64,000 bases of DNA, taken from the NCBI GenBank assembly GCA_963662465.1, contig OY759599.1, forward strand, positions 7,040,001 through 7,104,000. The letters run 5' to 3'. The position numbers were made by a program, and so were the translations under genes. This DNA comes from Desulfatiglandales bacterium. Its GTDB lineage: Bacteria > Desulfobacterota > DSM-4660 > Desulfatiglandales > Desulfatiglandaceae. Of this stretch, positions 44,039-53,866 are shown one piece after another (the stretch's first letter is position 1; the number at the start of each line of letters is the position of its first letter). The notes beneath the pieces were generated by a model. The model was not told the DNA's origin. It saw only the letters and a list, made by a program, of their open reading frames with translations, and ran no database searches.

Positions 44039-45724
44039 ATGCAACAAAAACAACCCAATGCAACCATTAACAACGCCTCCTCTCCTCTCGGCGTGTCCAC
44101 CTCCCCCAGCGGAGAGGCGTTCCCCTTGCCGCAGACCGAGGACTATAACCAGGAATTCAAGAGACTCAAGAAACTGGTGAATGAACAACGGCTCAAGGGC
44201 CGGGAAATTGTCGTTGTCATGGGTGTGGGGTTTGTAGGCGCTGTTATGGCGGGTGTGGTTGCCGACTCGGTGAATCGGGAAACGGGGGAATCCAGGTATT
44301 TCGTTATCGGCATGCAGCGGCCTTCTCCCCGATCTTTCTGGAAAATTCCGTACCTCAACCGGGGCATTTCCCCCGTGGAGGCTGAAGATCCGGATGTGGC
44401 GCCCTTGATTCAACGGTGTGTACAGGACAAGCAGACCCTCACCGCCACCTTTACCTACGACGCCCTGTCGCTTGCGGATGTGGTGGTAGTGGATGTTCAG
44501 TGCGATTACCACAAGGAGAGCCTGGGGAATGTTCGTCAGGGACATGCCGACATAGAGGCGCTGGAAGAGAGTCTCAAGATTATCGGAGAGAAGATTGAAC
44601 CGCACTGTCTGGTCTTGATCGAAACGACCGTTCCTCCCGGCACCACGGAGTATGTGGCTTTCCCCACTATCAAAAAGGCCTTTGAGAAAAGGGGTCTAAG
44701 AGATGCGGAACCGCTCCTGGCCCATTCCTTTGAGCGGGTCATGCCGGGTCGGGAATACGTTGCCTCCATCCGCGACTTCTGGCGGGTCTGCTCCGGTATC
44801 AACCAAGAATCCAGGGAGCGGGTGGAACTGTTTTTGTCCAACATCCTGAATGTGGATAAGTTCCCCCTGACCGTGCTGGACCGGCCTATCGAAAGCGAGA
44901 CCTGCAAGATCGTAGAGAATTCTTACCGGGCCACCATTCTGGCATTCATGGACGAATGGAGCCGGTTTTCCGAGAAAAACGGGGTTGACCTCATCAAGGT
45001 CGTGAAGGCCATCAAGGTGCGACCCACGCACGCCAACATGATCTTCCCAGGCCCGGGTATTGGGGGATACTGCCTTCCGAAAGACGGCGGTCTTGGCGTC
45101 TGGGCCTATCATACGCTTATGGGGTTTGAAGATGATATCTTCAAGATCACCCCCATGGCCATCGACATCAACGATACCCGTGCCCTGCATGTGGCCCAGT
45201 TGGTGCGTGATGCGCTGCGGAATATGGGACGGATCGTGGCCGCCTCCAAAATTGCGGTATTGGGCGTCTCCTACCGGGAAGATGTGGGCGACACGCGTTA
45301 CAGCGGTTCAGAGATGGTCGTCCGGAAACTCACGGAGATGGGCGCGGATGTGGTGGTTCATGACCCGTATGTCAGCCACTGGTGGGAGCTGGAAAAGCAG
45401 GATACCTATCCCTCTCCCGGCCATTCGTGGTCCCGGTTTTTCAGGAATCAGGACAAACTGAGGGAAACCGCCGTCCAGGATGACCTGAATAAGACCCTGC
45501 CCGGAGCCGATGCCGTTATTTTGGCGGTGAGACATCAGGCTTATCTCAATCTGGACCCGGATGGGGTGGTGGAAATGATCGGGGGACCCGCAGCCGTGCT
45601 GGATTGCTTCGGGGTGTTGGACGATGCGGCCATCAAGCGGTATTTTGAGTTGGGTTGCGAGGTCAAGGGACTTGGTCGGGGGCATATTAAGCGGATTAAG
45701 GATGCGGTCAGAGCTTCTGCGTAG
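44039..45724 (+). CDS. nucleotide-sugar dehydrogenase (UDP-glucose/GDP-mannose dehydrogenase family), intact
   Basis: GVGFVG, ETTVPPGTT, ERVMPG, KIVENSYR, PGPGIGGYCLPKD, HDP. Confidence 0.92.
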   Translation: MQQKQPNATINNASSPLGVSTSPSGEAFPLPQTEDYNQEFKRLKKLVNEQRLKGREIVVVMGVGFVGAVMAGVVADSVNRETGESRYFVIGMQRPSPRSFWKIPYLNRGISPVEAEDPDVAPLIQRCVQDKQTLTATFTYDALSLADVVVVDVQCDYHKESLGNVRQGHADIEALEESLKIIGEKIEPHCLVLIETTVPPGTTEYVAFPTIKKAFEKRGLRDAEPLLAHSFERVMPGREYVASIRDFWRVCSGINQESRERVELFLSNILNVDKFPLTVLDRPIESETCKIVENSYRATILAFMDEWSRFSEKNGVDLIKVVKAIKVRPTHANMIFPGPGIGGYCLPKDGGLGVWAYHTLMGFEDDIFKITPMAIDINDTRALHVAQLVRDALRNMGRIVAASKIAVLGVSYREDVGDTRYSGSEMVVRKLTEMGADVVVHDPYVSHWWELEKQDTYPSPGHSWSRFFRNQDKLRETAVQDDLNKTLPGADAVILAVRHQAYLNLDPDGVVEMIGGPAAVLDCFGVLDDAAIKRYFELGCEVKGLGRGHIKRIKDAVRASA

Positions 45725-46158
45725 GGAACTATAAATGTAAGAGTTGGCAACTCAAAACCCAAAACCCAAAACTCAAAACCCAAAACCATCTTTGCTCTCT
45801 TCGTTACCTTCTGTAAAAAGCCCTTAAAAAAAATCCTGTAAAATCCTGTTAATCCTGTCTAAAAAAGAGTTATAGAATTATGAGCAATGTCCCCCATTCC
45901 CCTCTATCTCACAGAGGATGACCAAAAGAAAATTGCGGCTGCTATCGGGGATAGACCATAGCCTAATACCTATCGCCCATAGGGGGAGGAATATGAGGGA
46001 AACCAGTGGCATTATGAACTGGGAGAGAAAGGGGCTGCTTACAGTGCCAATTTTGCCCCCAAAAATGTACTTCTAAGCCCAGAAAACGCATATATTTTTG
46101 ACTTAAACATTGAATAATCAATAGGATAGTTTGGTCAGACCTCAGACTGCAGCATGAC

Positions 46159-47013
46159 ATGAGCGCAGAAAATAAAATTCAGTTATTTCAAAACCAAAGC
46201 GTAAGAACACATTGGGATGAAGAACAAGAAAAATGGTTTTTTTCTATTGTGGATGTTATTGCAATTTTAACGGAGCAAAAAGATTATCAAGGAGCAAGAA
46301 ATTACTGGAAAGTATTAAAACATAGACTTGTAAAAGAAGGAAACGAAACGGTTACAAATTGTAACCGTTTGAAAATGATTGCCAAAGATGGCAAAATGCG
46401 AATGACTGATGTAGCTGATACTCAACAGCTATTACGTCTTATCCAATCTGTTCCATCGCCGAAAGCAGAGCCTTTTAAAATCTGGTTGGCAAAAGTAGGT
46501 GCACAGCGGATAGACGAAATAGAGGATCCCGAACTATCTTTTGAACGTGCTATGGAAACCTACCTTGCAAAAGGATACTCCAGGGAGTGGATAAACCAAC
46601 GCCTGAAAAGTATTGAAGTTAGAAAAGAACTAACAGACGAATGGCAAGAAAGAGGAATGAAACAAGGCTTGGAATACGCCATTTTAACCAATGAACTCAC
46701 TCAAGCCTGGGCCGGAAAAAATGTAAAAGAATACAAGAAATACAAAGGGTTGAAAAAGGAAAACTTGCGAGATAATATGAGCAACCTTGAACTGGTTTTG
46801 AATATGCTTGCAGAAGCTTCTACAGCAGAAATATCGAAAGAAAAGATACCAAAAGGATTAGAAGAAAATAAGGATATTGCTCGTAAAGGTGGTAATGCTG
46901 CTAAAAAAGCAAGATTGGAGATTGAAAAACAAACAGGGAAACCAGTCGTAACAACTAAAAATGCAAACAACCTTTTAGACAAACCTAATCATGAAAATAT
47001 TGAAAATGAGTAA
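46159..47013 (+). CDS. Bro-N domain protein (antirepressor-like)
   Basis: WFFSIVDVI, ARNYWKVLK, QSVPSPKAEPFKIWL; low GC. Confidence 0.8.
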   Translation: MSAENKIQLFQNQSVRTHWDEEQEKWFFSIVDVIAILTEQKDYQGARNYWKVLKHRLVKEGNETVTNCNRLKMIAKDGKMRMTDVADTQQLLRLIQSVPSPKAEPFKIWLAKVGAQRIDEIEDPELSFERAMETYLAKGYSREWINQRLKSIEVRKELTDEWQERGMKQGLEYAILTNELTQAWAGKNVKEYKKYKGLKKENLRDNMSNLELVLNMLAEASTAEISKEKIPKGLEENKDIARKGGNAAKKARLEIEKQTGKPVVTTKNANNLLDKPNHENIENE

Positions 47014-47109
47014 ATCATTAGGCTTTTACACCTTCGTTTCCTTCGTTACCTTCTGTAAAAAGCCCTTAAAAAAAATCCTGTAAAATCCTGTAAATCCTGT
47101 CTAAAAAAA

Positions 47110-47371
47110 GGAAACCGCCGTTCAGGATGACCTGAATAAGCCCCTGTCCGGAGCCAATGCCGTTATTTTGGCGGTGCGACACCGTGCCTATCTTGATCTG
47201 GACCCGGATGGGGTGGTGAAAATGACCGGTGGTCCAGCGGCCGTGGTGGACTGCTTCGGTTTCTTGGACGATGCGGCCATCAAGCGGTATTTTGAGTTGG
47301 GTTGCGAGGTCAAGGGACTTGGGCGGGGGCATATTAAGCGGATTAAGGATGCGGTCAGAGCTTCTGCGTAG
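47110..47371 (+). pseudogene. 3'-end fragment of nucleotide-sugar dehydrogenase
   Basis: Ends KDAVRASA* followed by the same downstream block as the intact gene. Confidence 0.9.
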
Positions 47372-47528
47372 GGAACTATAAATGTAAGAGTTGGCAACTC
47401 AAAACCCAAAACCCAAAACCCAAAACTCAAAACCCAAAACCCAAAACCATCTTTGCTCTCTTCGTTACCTTCTGTAAAAAGCCCTTAAAAAAAATCCTGT
47501 AAAATCCTGTAAATCCTGTCTAAAAAAA

Positions 47529-47617
47529 GGTCCCGGTTTTTCAGGAACCAGGAGAAACTGAAGGAAACCGCCGTCCAGGATGACCTGAATAAGCCCCTGT
47601 TCGGAGCTGATGCCGTT
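47529..47617 (+). pseudogene. short dehydrogenase fragment
   Basis: Starts at the same GGTCCCGG junction and is truncated after ~90 bp. Confidence 0.85.
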
Positions 47618-47864
47618 TTACACTATCACGGTAATAGGAAAATCGAAAGAAACGCATGAATGCATGGGCGTCCCCCTGCCCACAGAAAACATCCTAACCC
47701 CTGCGGCTTTCCGCTTCGGGTGCCTTTGTAATCCGGCTTGTCGAAGATGCCGAAATGCGGTGTCCCGTGAAATTGACGAAGTCAAGAGCGGAGCTCATTA
47801 GGATAGCTTGCCCGATCCCAGCCCCCCAATGGATGCCCCCCTTATGATGTGTAAGCCCTAATGC

Positions 47865-47904
47865 TTGACAGCTTCCAAAACGATGTGTATACATGATGTA
47901 TATC
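47865..47904 (+). promoter_or_regulatory. vapBC promoter with overlapping operator-like repeats
   Basis: TTGACA-17-TATACA overlapping TGTATACATGATGTATAT. Confidence 0.6.
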
Positions 47905-47925
47905 CATTGCGCTGCAGGAGGTGCT

Positions 47926-48156
47926 ATGAATACAGCCAAAATCTTTAGGAGCGGAAATTCTCAGGCAGTACGCTTGCCAAAAGATTTCCAGTTTAATGTA
48001 TCTGAAGTCGAGATTTATCGCAGGGGGGATGAGGTGGTCCTGCGAAAGAAGCTTCAGAATCTATCCAGGGTTTTTGACCTGCTAACCGACATGTCCGATG
48101 ATTTCATGGAAGACGGTCGTAATCAGCCTCCCATGCAGGAGAGAGAACCGTTTTGA
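47926..48156 (+). CDS. vapB: AbrB-fold VapB antitoxin
   Basis: TAKIFRSGNSQAVRLPKDFQF. Confidence 0.92.
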   Translation: MNTAKIFRSGNSQAVRLPKDFQFNVSEVEIYRRGDEVVLRKKLQNLSRVFDLLTDMSDDFMEDGRNQPPMQEREPF

Positions 48157-48557
48157 TATATATGTTGGACACGGACATTTGCATTTACACGATCAAACGC
48201 AAACCAAGCAGTGTTGTGAATCGACTTGAACAGCTTAAGCCTGGCGAACTTGCAATGTCTGCCATCACTTTTGCGGAGTTGGTGAATGGGGCAAAGAAAA
48301 GCAAGTATGTTGAAGCAAATATGGAGCGGCTCAATGCCTTGGGTGAATTGATCGACGTCCGACCGTTTGATAAACAGGCTGCCCTTTTTTACGGAAGTGT
48401 TCGCTCCAGCCTTGAGAAGAGAGGAGAAGTGATCGGCGGAAACGATCTCTTGATAGCGGCTCATGCACTAAGTCTCAACTGGACCCTGGTTACGAATAAC
48501 GAAAAGGAATTCAGACGGGTTGAAGGATTGAGAGTTGAAAATTGGGTCGATGCATAA
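48153..48557 (+). CDS. vapC: VapC PIN toxin
   Basis: YMLDTDICIY, DLLIAAHA, LVTNNEKEF.RV.GL. Confidence 0.93.
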   Translation: MIYMLDTDICIYTIKRKPSSVVNRLEQLKPGELAMSAITFAELVNGAKKSKYVEANMERLNALGELIDVRPFDKQAALFYGSVRSSLEKRGEVIGGNDLLIAAHALSLNWTLVTNNEKEFRRVEGLRVENWVDA

Positions 48558-49192
48558 TCGTGTTGATTTACAAAAGAAAATCCAGTGAGTTAAGTCCAGA
48601 ATCGTCTCTTGCTCCTTCGGTTTTGTGCGGTTTCTGTCATCTGTCAGCTGAACGCTGCGATCTGTTTTTCCGGCCCTTCGACCTCTGACTTCTGGTTCTT
48701 AAAGGCCTCTTTTTGACCCCCAAAAGGGGTGTTTAAGGTCCAGAAACCCCCTGTATTGTGGGGTAACATGCCGATATTAAGGGATTCAGCTTGGTCAGAT
48801 CCCCAATCCGACCCCTGCCTTCCCCGTGAAACCTCTTTTGTATTTGTTTCACCGGAGCTTCATCGGGCTGCTAAAAAAGAGCAGTGGAATAGTAGCAGCG
48901 TTCCCCACGTCCCCCGTTGAACTAAATACCTGCCTATGGGAGGCAAACGCTCCGGATTCCTTTTCTCCGTTTTCTTAAAGGCGCCTTTTTGGGGTCAAAA
49001 AGCGTGTTTTAAGGTTGATTTTTGGGTTTTTTTTAGGCTTAACCTATTGAATAAATGGGAATGTTCCTGGTCCGACCCCGACCCTATAAATGCAAGAGTT
49101 GGCAACTCAAAACCCAAAACCATCTTTGCTCTTTTCGTTATCTTCTGTAAAAAGCCCTTAAAAAAAATCCTGTAAAATCCTGTCTAAAAAAA

Positions 49193-49515
49193 GGTCCCTG
49201 TTTTTCAGGAACCAGGAGAAACTGAAGGAAACCGCCGTTCAGGATGACCTGAATAAGCCCCTGTCCGGAGCCGATGCCGTTATTTTGGCGGTGCGACACC
49301 GGGCCTATCTTGATCTGGACCCGGATGGGGTGGTGGAAATGATCGGTGGTCCGGCGACTGTGGTGGACTGCTTCGGGGTGTTGGACGATGCGGCCATCAA
49401 GCGGTATTTCGAGTTGGGTTGTGAGGTCAAGGGACTTGGGCGGGGGCATATTAAGCGGATTAAGGACCGGGTGCGGGCTTCAATAAAAGCTGAAGAACCA
49501 AAAACTCCAAAATAA
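49193..49515 (+). pseudogene. 3'-end fragment of nucleotide-sugar dehydrogenase
   Basis: Same junction; ends KDRVRASIKAEEPKTPK*. Confidence 0.9.
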
Positions 49516-49790
49516 GGCAGTAATTTATAAACTTACTGATTGAGAAAAACCATTTTCAGGTGTTGGGTGATTGTGTTGCGTGAAAACCCGCGTCTCCCGC
49601 GTGGCCCCGTGCTCAGGGACGAGCCAAGCAGGCTGGGGCTTGGGTACAGGACGAAAATCCTTTACACAAAATCGATTAATTGTTTATGATCATGATTTGC
49701 AGAGAATTACAGTGTTAATGTCCTCTTCGGCAAACGCGGTTTTTGGAGGAGCGCGTCGTGAACAATCCTGATATTCAGACCTCAATATTC

Positions 49791-49864
49791 TGACAGGATT
49801 AACAGGATTGACAGGATAAAAGAAAATGGATGTAAGTATCCATAAAATCATGTAAATCCTGTCA
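49791..49864. repeat. MITE/REPIN-like doublet GACAGGATT...AATCCTGTC
   Basis: Related doublets at 57536-57600 and 27294-27362. Confidence 0.8.
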
Positions 49865-50411
49865 AAAAACCTGAAAAAAATGGTTCCTTACACTAAAATT
49901 GGACGTTCATTGGCTTTCAGCTTCTCGAAACATCAAATACTTATGTTTATAATGAGCGTATGACAGGCCATGATGGGCCACAAAACGTCCATTTTTCGTG
50001 TCTTAAAACGAATATGGAATGGGGGACGTGGGCAACTTTGTAAACTTATTAGACAGGATTTACGGGATTCTCAGGATAATTTCTTGGTTTGCATTTTCAA
50101 TTCCCGCCTGCCCGCAATGCTTCGCAACCTGCCCGCCAGTGCCAGGGGATGGCAGGCGGGCGCGAGGCGGACGGAGACGAAATTGAAAATACCAAATCGC
50201 TTCGCGAAAGGGGAAGGGACAGAGGACGGACGACGGAAGACAGGGGACAGGGGACAGAGGGCGGATGACAGAGGACAGAGCGCCGGGGGCATGATTTGTC
50301 ATGCCCTTTTCTTTCTTGACTTTTGAGAAGAAAGCGTTCTCATTTCATACAAAAGAAGGGGCTACATGATTCCGTCCAGATATCTCAACTATATTTTCAG
50401 GGGGATGAAAA

Positions 50412-50675
50412 ATGGAAATTGAAGAAATAAATGTCACAAAGGTGAAACAAAATCTATTTAAAATTCCAAAAGCCAGGCTCCCTGAGATTAACGATTTTAT
50501 AGAGTTCATATTGTCGAAAACTGAATCAAACGGATTAAAACAAGTAGAGAAACTCGAGGGCATATGGAAAGGTCTGGGTTTTGAACGGATCTCTGATCTG
50601 GATAACAGTATTCGTGGAATTCGTGATGAGTCAGAAAAAGCAATGCTGGACAGGATGGCAAAGTGCAATACTTAG
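50412..50675 (+). CDS. putative antitoxin (DUF2281-like)
   Basis: EINDFIEFI...LEGIWKG; overlaps the PIN gene. Confidence 0.65.
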   Translation: MEIEEINVTKVKQNLFKIPKARLPEINDFIEFILSKTESNGLKQVEKLEGIWKGLGFERISDLDNSIRGIRDESEKAMLDRMAKCNT

Positions 50676-51052
50676 CAGATACTGTCGCGATTATCAGGCA
50701 TTTTGCAAGTGTAGGCAGAATTGGAAAAGCAGCAAAGTCAATCCTTCGGGATGCCGATAATGGAAAAAACAAAATACTGATGTCAATTATTTCCATGGTT
50801 GAAATTCTTTATTTGTCAGAGCGCAACAGAATTCCATTGAATCTGGAAGAAGCGAGACGTAAACTCCTACGCTTGGACAACTATGAAATTGTCGATTTAG
50901 ATCTTGGTATTGTCGAAACGGCAAGAACTGTTCAAGGATTGGAACTTCACGACCGACTCATTGTTGCAACCGCCTTATCTTTGAATGTACCGATATTGAC
51001 CAGTGATCAAATCATCCGTGATTCCGGGCAAATTGATGTAATCTGGAGCTAA
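50663..51052 (+). CDS. PIN-domain toxin
   Basis: YLADT, SMVEI, ELHDRLIVATA, LTSD. Confidence 0.88.
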   Translation: MQYLADTVAIIRHFASVGRIGKAAKSILRDADNGKNKILMSIISMVEILYLSERNRIPLNLEEARRKLLRLDNYEIVDLDLGIVETARTVQGLELHDRLIVATALSLNVPILTSDQIIRDSGQIDVIWS

Positions 51053-51601
51053 CGCCGCATAGCCGCACAAAATGCCTTTTGGCGCAAAGGCGCGAAGGTT
51101 TTGCTGTTTTTTTTGTGATAGACTTTCAGAAAATAAGCCACAGAATAATCCCTACTTATAAAGGTCTCTTTCCGTTGAGTATTTCAGAAACGGTCGATTT
51201 GGCGCCTAAAATTCCGACCAAGTCTTTCTGTTTCAAAGCATTTTGATCCATGAGGAATTTCAACAGGTCAACACCGCCGCGACGTTCCACTGGAAAGTTT
51301 TCCGACTCATAATATTCAATCAAAACCGATAGGGAACTGCGGAACGTCCTTTATATATTTACATTCTGCTGTTCGCCTTTTTACCGATAATGCCTCAAAT
51401 TGAACCTGACTCACTTGGGAGGAGCGAATACGGTGACGGGCTCTTGTCATCTTCTTCAGGTGAATGGGTTGAATATTCTGGTGGATTGCGGATTGGCGCA
51501 AGGGGCTGACTACGTTGCGCCCATGGATTCGTGGCCGGTCTCTCCGGGGGAGGTTGATTTTGTATTTTTGACCCACGCGCATATCGACCATATCGGGCGG
51601 G

Positions 51602-52130
51602 TGCCGGGTCCGCAGATTACGCAGATTGGCGCAGATTAGATACGGATGAAAGACCAAAGGACATATAGGATTATTGGGTGTGCGATGGAGGTGCAGTCCG
51701 CAGATTACGCAGATTACACGGATTGTTGAACAACGTGAAGGACGAACGAACATATAAAATAATTGGTGCAGCCATGGAAGTGCATAAGGAGTTGGGGTGT
51801 GGTTTCCTTGAGGCGGTGTATCAGGAGGCGTTGAGGAGGGAGTTTGATCTGCAGGGGATTCCGAATGTGGCTCAGCCTTTGATTGGGATTTGCTACAAAG
51901 GGAAACCTCTGGATAAGAAATATCAGCCCGATTATGTTTGCTATGAAGAGATTGTAGTAGAGATTAAAGCCCTTGCTACTTTGACGAGCCTGGATGAGGC
52001 CCAGCTTATTAACTATCTGAAGGCCACAGGCCTTGCCGTCGGCCTTTTGATTAATTTTGGTGCGAAATCTCTCCAATACAAGAGACGTGTCTATAATCTG
52101 CGTGAATCTGCGTAATCTGCGGACCCGGCA
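51602..52130 (+). mobile_element. GxxExxY cassette bounded by 26-bp perfect inverted repeats
   Basis: TGCCGGGTCCGCAGATTACGCAGATT at 51602-51627, reverse complement at 52105-52130. Confidence 0.75.
51735..52115 (+). CDS. GxxExxY protein (PD-(D/E)xK-like), intact
   Basis: GCGFLEAVY, PDYVC...VEIKA, QLINYLKAT, GLLINFG. Confidence 0.92.
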   Translation: MKDERTYKIIGAAMEVHKELGCGFLEAVYQEALRREFDLQGIPNVAQPLIGICYKGKPLDKKYQPDYVCYEEIVVEIKALATLTSLDEAQLINYLKATGLAVGLLINFGAKSLQYKRRVYNLRESA

Positions 52131-52554
52131 TGTGCACGGGCGGCAGGATTGTGGACCATTTGCGGTCAGGCATCGAGGATGCGCGCAATGATGTCTTGTT
52201 TGTGGGATACCAGGCCAGGGGTACGCTTGGCAGGGACCTCATTCGGTATGGCCGGCGGCCCGGCGGATATGTGGTTATTGACGGGGAGCGGCATGAGATT
52301 CATGCCCGAATTCATGAGTTGACCGGCTATTCGGCCCATGCCGATCAGCTGGGGCTGGTTGCGTGGGTGGGGGGTATGGGGGAGATGCCCAGAGAGATAC
52401 GGTTTGTGCATGGGGAGGAAGGGGCCAGGAGGGCTTTGGAAGGTGTGCTGGGGGCCGGAGGTCGGAGGTCGGAGGTCGGGAGATAGAGATGGAGAAAAAA
52501 GACAGGAGTGGGGGGGGCTGGGATCGGAAGGACGGGCTTTTCTCTCTGACAAGA

Positions 52555-52690
52555 GGGTCGCTCGCGATTTTTCCATGACTTGACGATGAACAGCCTGCTG
52601 TTCAGCCATGGCGATGATTCTTTCTGCCGAGCCCGGGGCGACCTTTTCATATTGAGCCGGCGATTCCGCCGGAGGCAATGGTCCCTGGTG
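52555..52690 (-). pseudogene. DUF2335-like fragment
   Basis: GPLPPA...YEKVAPGSAERIIAMAEQQAVHR, truncated. Confidence 0.65.
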
Positions 52691-52781
52691 ATGATAAAAA
52701 GTTTGCTAAGTTGCGGTAACGCTTGTTCGGTTGCTTTTGTGTGTATTAGCGGGGATATTTTTGTTTTTCGATCCGGGTGAT

Positions 52782-53027
52782 TTAGCCCTGAGAAGTTAAA
52801 CGTCGCTCGTGTTCGGCCATGGCTGCCTTCAAATCTGATGCGACGGCTTTCCAGTCTGAAGACATTGCTTCATGATCAGCTTGTTCAGGGGTAAGGGAAG
52901 TGTTGTATTCACTTAAGGTAGTTCCCAAATCCAATATACGCGCCATGCCTTCTATGAAGCTGGGATTTGCAAACAGAAAATATTTTTGCATAAAAAACCT
53001 CCTTTGCATGCAATATAACAACTCCAT
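52782..53027 (-). CDS. hypothetical protein
   Basis: PSFIEGMARILDLG...D.EAM.SDW.AV..DL; GGAGG precedes the internal ATG. Confidence 0.6.
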   Translation of the reverse strand: MELLYCMQRRFFMQKYFLFANPSFIEGMARILDLGTTLSEYNTSLTPEQADHEAMSSDWKAVASDLKAAMAEHERRLTSQG

Positions 53028-53423
53028 TTCTAAGAAATCAAGAAAAAACCGGGTGAAAGGCTGCGGGACATCCTATAAGAAAATAAGAAACTCTCGCGCA
53101 GAGACGCAGAGACGCAGAGAAGGGACAGATGTCAGAGGTCCGAGGTCAGATGTCAGAGTGTGGGGAATGGGGGACGTAGCTACTTTTGTAACTTTATTTT
53201 AGGTTTTCACGCACAGTGAAATAAAGGAAAGAACGTGAACAGGGAAAGTCCAGCGAAAGCAACTACCTTTGGGCACGCGGCCGTGAAGAATATCATTAAG
53301 GGAATACGCAATGGAAGAAGTCTGGAATCCACACGATTTAGAGTTCAGAAAACTCTTGAAGTCACAATTTGTTTGGTTCTATTATAGGGGAAATTTGAGT
53401 CACATCTTTTATGGAGGGGTAAG

Positions 53424-53651
53424 ATGGGAACCGAACAGATTACCATGCAGATCGATGATGAGGCTGCACGCGCCTTCAGGTCCGCATCTTCTATAGATCG
53501 GCGAAAACTGGAGGCCCTTGTCAGCATCCAGCTCCTTGAAGCAACGAGATCAAAGGATTCCTTGAAAGAGCTGATGAGCGGAATCAGTCGAAAGGCGAGG
53601 GAAAGGGGGCTTACACCGGAAATCTTGCAGGAAATACTCAATGCCCGGTAA
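53424..53651 (+). CDS. putative antitoxin
   Basis: Ends ARERGLTPEILQEIL; overlaps a PIN gene start. Confidence 0.7.
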   Translation: MGTEQITMQIDDEAARAFRSASSIDRRKLEALVSIQLLEATRSKDSLKELMSGISRKARERGLTPEILQEILNAR

Positions 53652-53866
53652 GCCGCGGTATGTGTTTGACACGAATGTAATGGTCAGTGCCCTTCTGTTT
53701 GATCAATCAAAGCCGGCCCAGGCCTTTAACGCCGCCCTTGACCGAGGCAGCATTCTTCTTTCCCATTCTGTTCTGAAGGAACTAACGGAGGTCCTTGGGA
53801 GGGAAAAGCTGCGCCCATTTGGTTCCTGAAGAACGAGAGCAATTTATTATTGCTCTTCTCAAAGAG
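53641..53866 (+). pseudogene. PIN toxin, frameshifted and truncated
   Basis: RYVFDTNVMVSALL...ELTEVL.REK, then runs into REP-like repeats. Confidence 0.8.

Larger units (their letters stand above)
51400..52486 (+). pseudogene. second MBL-fold hydrolase with its centre replaced by a GxxExxY element
   Basis: 5' part VTGSCH...THAHIDHIGRVP and 3' part GMCTGGR...YSAHAD...VHGE; ~250 codons missing relative to 750-4071. Confidence 0.88.

Noticed and set aside
46159..47013. Prophage
   Set aside because: Isolated Bro-N gene with no structural, packaging or lysis genes
21345..49515. Classical integron
   Set aside because: No IntI-type integrase (all tyrosine recombinases belong to RIT trios) and no attC-like RYYYAAC...GTTRRRY series recognised
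42020..49515. Diversity-generating retroelement template/variable repeats
   Set aside because: No reverse transcriptase in the window and the differences are not adenine-specific
29679..49515. Invertase shufflon of C-termini
   Set aside because: All tails are in direct orientation and no dedicated invertase is present
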